From assembly GCF_009914755.1 (NCBI RefSeq), contig NC_060943.1: a stretch of 64,000 nucleotides of DNA. One strand, written 5' to 3'. The notes below the pieces were generated by a model that saw nothing but the letters and a program-made list of their open reading frames with translations, was not told where the DNA came from and ran no database searches. This document shows positions 62,765 through 64,000 of the stretch, piece by piece. The position numbers were made by a program, and so were the translations under genes. The DNA comes from the human T2T-CHM13v2.0 reference genome, Homo sapiens. How positions within the stretch are numbered: position 1 is the first letter of the stretch; every line of letters starts with the position of its first letter.

Positions 62765-63475
62765 TCCTGTCTTATTTGTAGGAGTTCTTTATATATTCCA
62801 GTTAATAACCCTCTGTCAGTTTGATGTCTATTTTCTACACAGTCTACTATTTTAATTTTGCCTATAATTTTTTGTGGTTCAGAGTTTTACAATTGTGTTT
62901 CACTTATTTATTCAACACATATTTATTGAATGTCTAATGATGTCAAATTATCAGCCTTTTCTTTGTCTTTTTACTTCTTGTTTGAAAAGAACTTTCTTAT
63001 CTTCTTCTCTGATTTTATAGTAGTTTTTTATGTTTAGATTCTGTAATGCCTACATTTATTTTTTTCAAATGGTATGAGATAGGAATTTCAATATATATTT
63101 TTAAATGTATACTATATTTCATAGGCCCTCCTGTCTCTAGTCTTTACTAAGTTCTCATATGGACACAGATCTATTTCTGAATTCACTTTTCTGTTCTACT
63201 ACTCTGTCTATTCTAGTGCTGATACAACTTGCTTTTTATCAAAATGGGATTAAAACATATTTTGGACAAACACTCCTTCTCTTTTATCTTTAAATTTTTT
63301 ACAGTTTCTTGGCTCTTCTTGCACAGAAAGTCTTCTATTTAAATATCAGAATCAGATTGTCAATTTCCATGAAGAATTTTGTTTGTCTTTTGATAAATTC
63401 TAGGTTGAATTCATGAATTTATTTTGGGAAAAGGGGTAGATTTTCCATGCTGAAGCCTCCCTTTCATGAATACAG
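62765..63475 (-). mobile_element. Old L1ME-type ORF2 fragment
   Basis: atttgtaggagttctttatatattc...ggtatgagatagg...tcttggctcttcttg...agaatcagattgtcaatttcca. Confidence 0.7.
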
Positions 63476-63879
63476 TTTCTGTCTTTGTTACTCCAGTTTT
63501 TGGCCCACCTCCTCAGGGTCTTCCTGGGCAGGACCACTTTCCTCAGATGTCTGTATTTCTAAATCTTTGCCTTCCTACTAACTATACTGTCTCATTTCCC
63601 ACTATTGTTATTCCCGGGCAATGGAAAGAATGCAAGCACCCAAAAAAATCTAATGGCCCATTTATAGTTACAAAACAAATGACAAAGCCAAGACCAGAAC
63701 TCAGGTCCCTTGACATTCACCCACCTCATGGCCAGGCCCCAACCACTGAACTACCACACCCCTGTAGCTACTACCTCCTCCAGTGCTTCATCTCCATCCC
63801 TCACACCTCCCTGCTACCCAGCCTTACAAAATACAGTACTTTAAGCTACTGTATATGCAGATAGCTGCCCGTGAGGTCA

Positions 63880-64000
63880 GGACATTTATTTGAATGCTTA
63901 CTTAGTGCTTACTGACAGCCAAGTCCAATGTTATATGCTGGATATACCAAAATGAATAAGACAAGACCCCTGGCCTAAGGGTGTTCACAGGGAATTAGAT
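63880..64000 (-). mobile_element. L2 3' fragment (runs off the window)
   Basis: catttatttgaatgcttac...gctggatataccaaaatgaataagacaagacccctggcct. Confidence 0.7.

Overview
This window is primate (very probably human) non-coding DNA. I find no credible protein-coding exon, RNA gene or CRISPR-like array; the ORF track is explained by Alu, L1, simple repeats or chance. A large share is recognisable interspersed repeat: about 10 Alu elements or fragments, MIR and L2 relics, solo LTRs (MLT1A0, MLT1D, THE1B, LTR8-like, LTR33-like, MER66-like), DNA-transposon MITEs (MER20 x2, MER58A, MER30, MER91A, Tigger3a, a Tip100-type element) and two L1 clusters (about 36.9-41.3 kb and 46.2-54.1 kb). Between them lie repeat-free blocks rich in homeodomain, MEIS, FOX, GATA, POU and CRE motifs (about 7.6-8.5, 10.9-11.6, 14.3-18.1, 20.3-20.8, 23.2-25.4 and 42.4-43.9 kb). 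These resemble the conserved enhancers of a developmental-gene desert or large intron, but conservation and activity cannot be shown from sequence alone. The most unusual structure is a ~3.2 kb composite L1 insertion (37.6-40.8 kb) that appears to carry both a 3' transduction and a 5' inversion with an unusually long (~500 bp) inverted duplication. Other oddities are a template-switch hairpin in an MLT1D LTR, a minisatellite born at an Alu end, a trimeric Alu and an arm-recombinant Alu monomer. I do not see evidence for a new biological system. Repeat family names come from recalled consensus sequences, and boundaries of old repeats are approximate.
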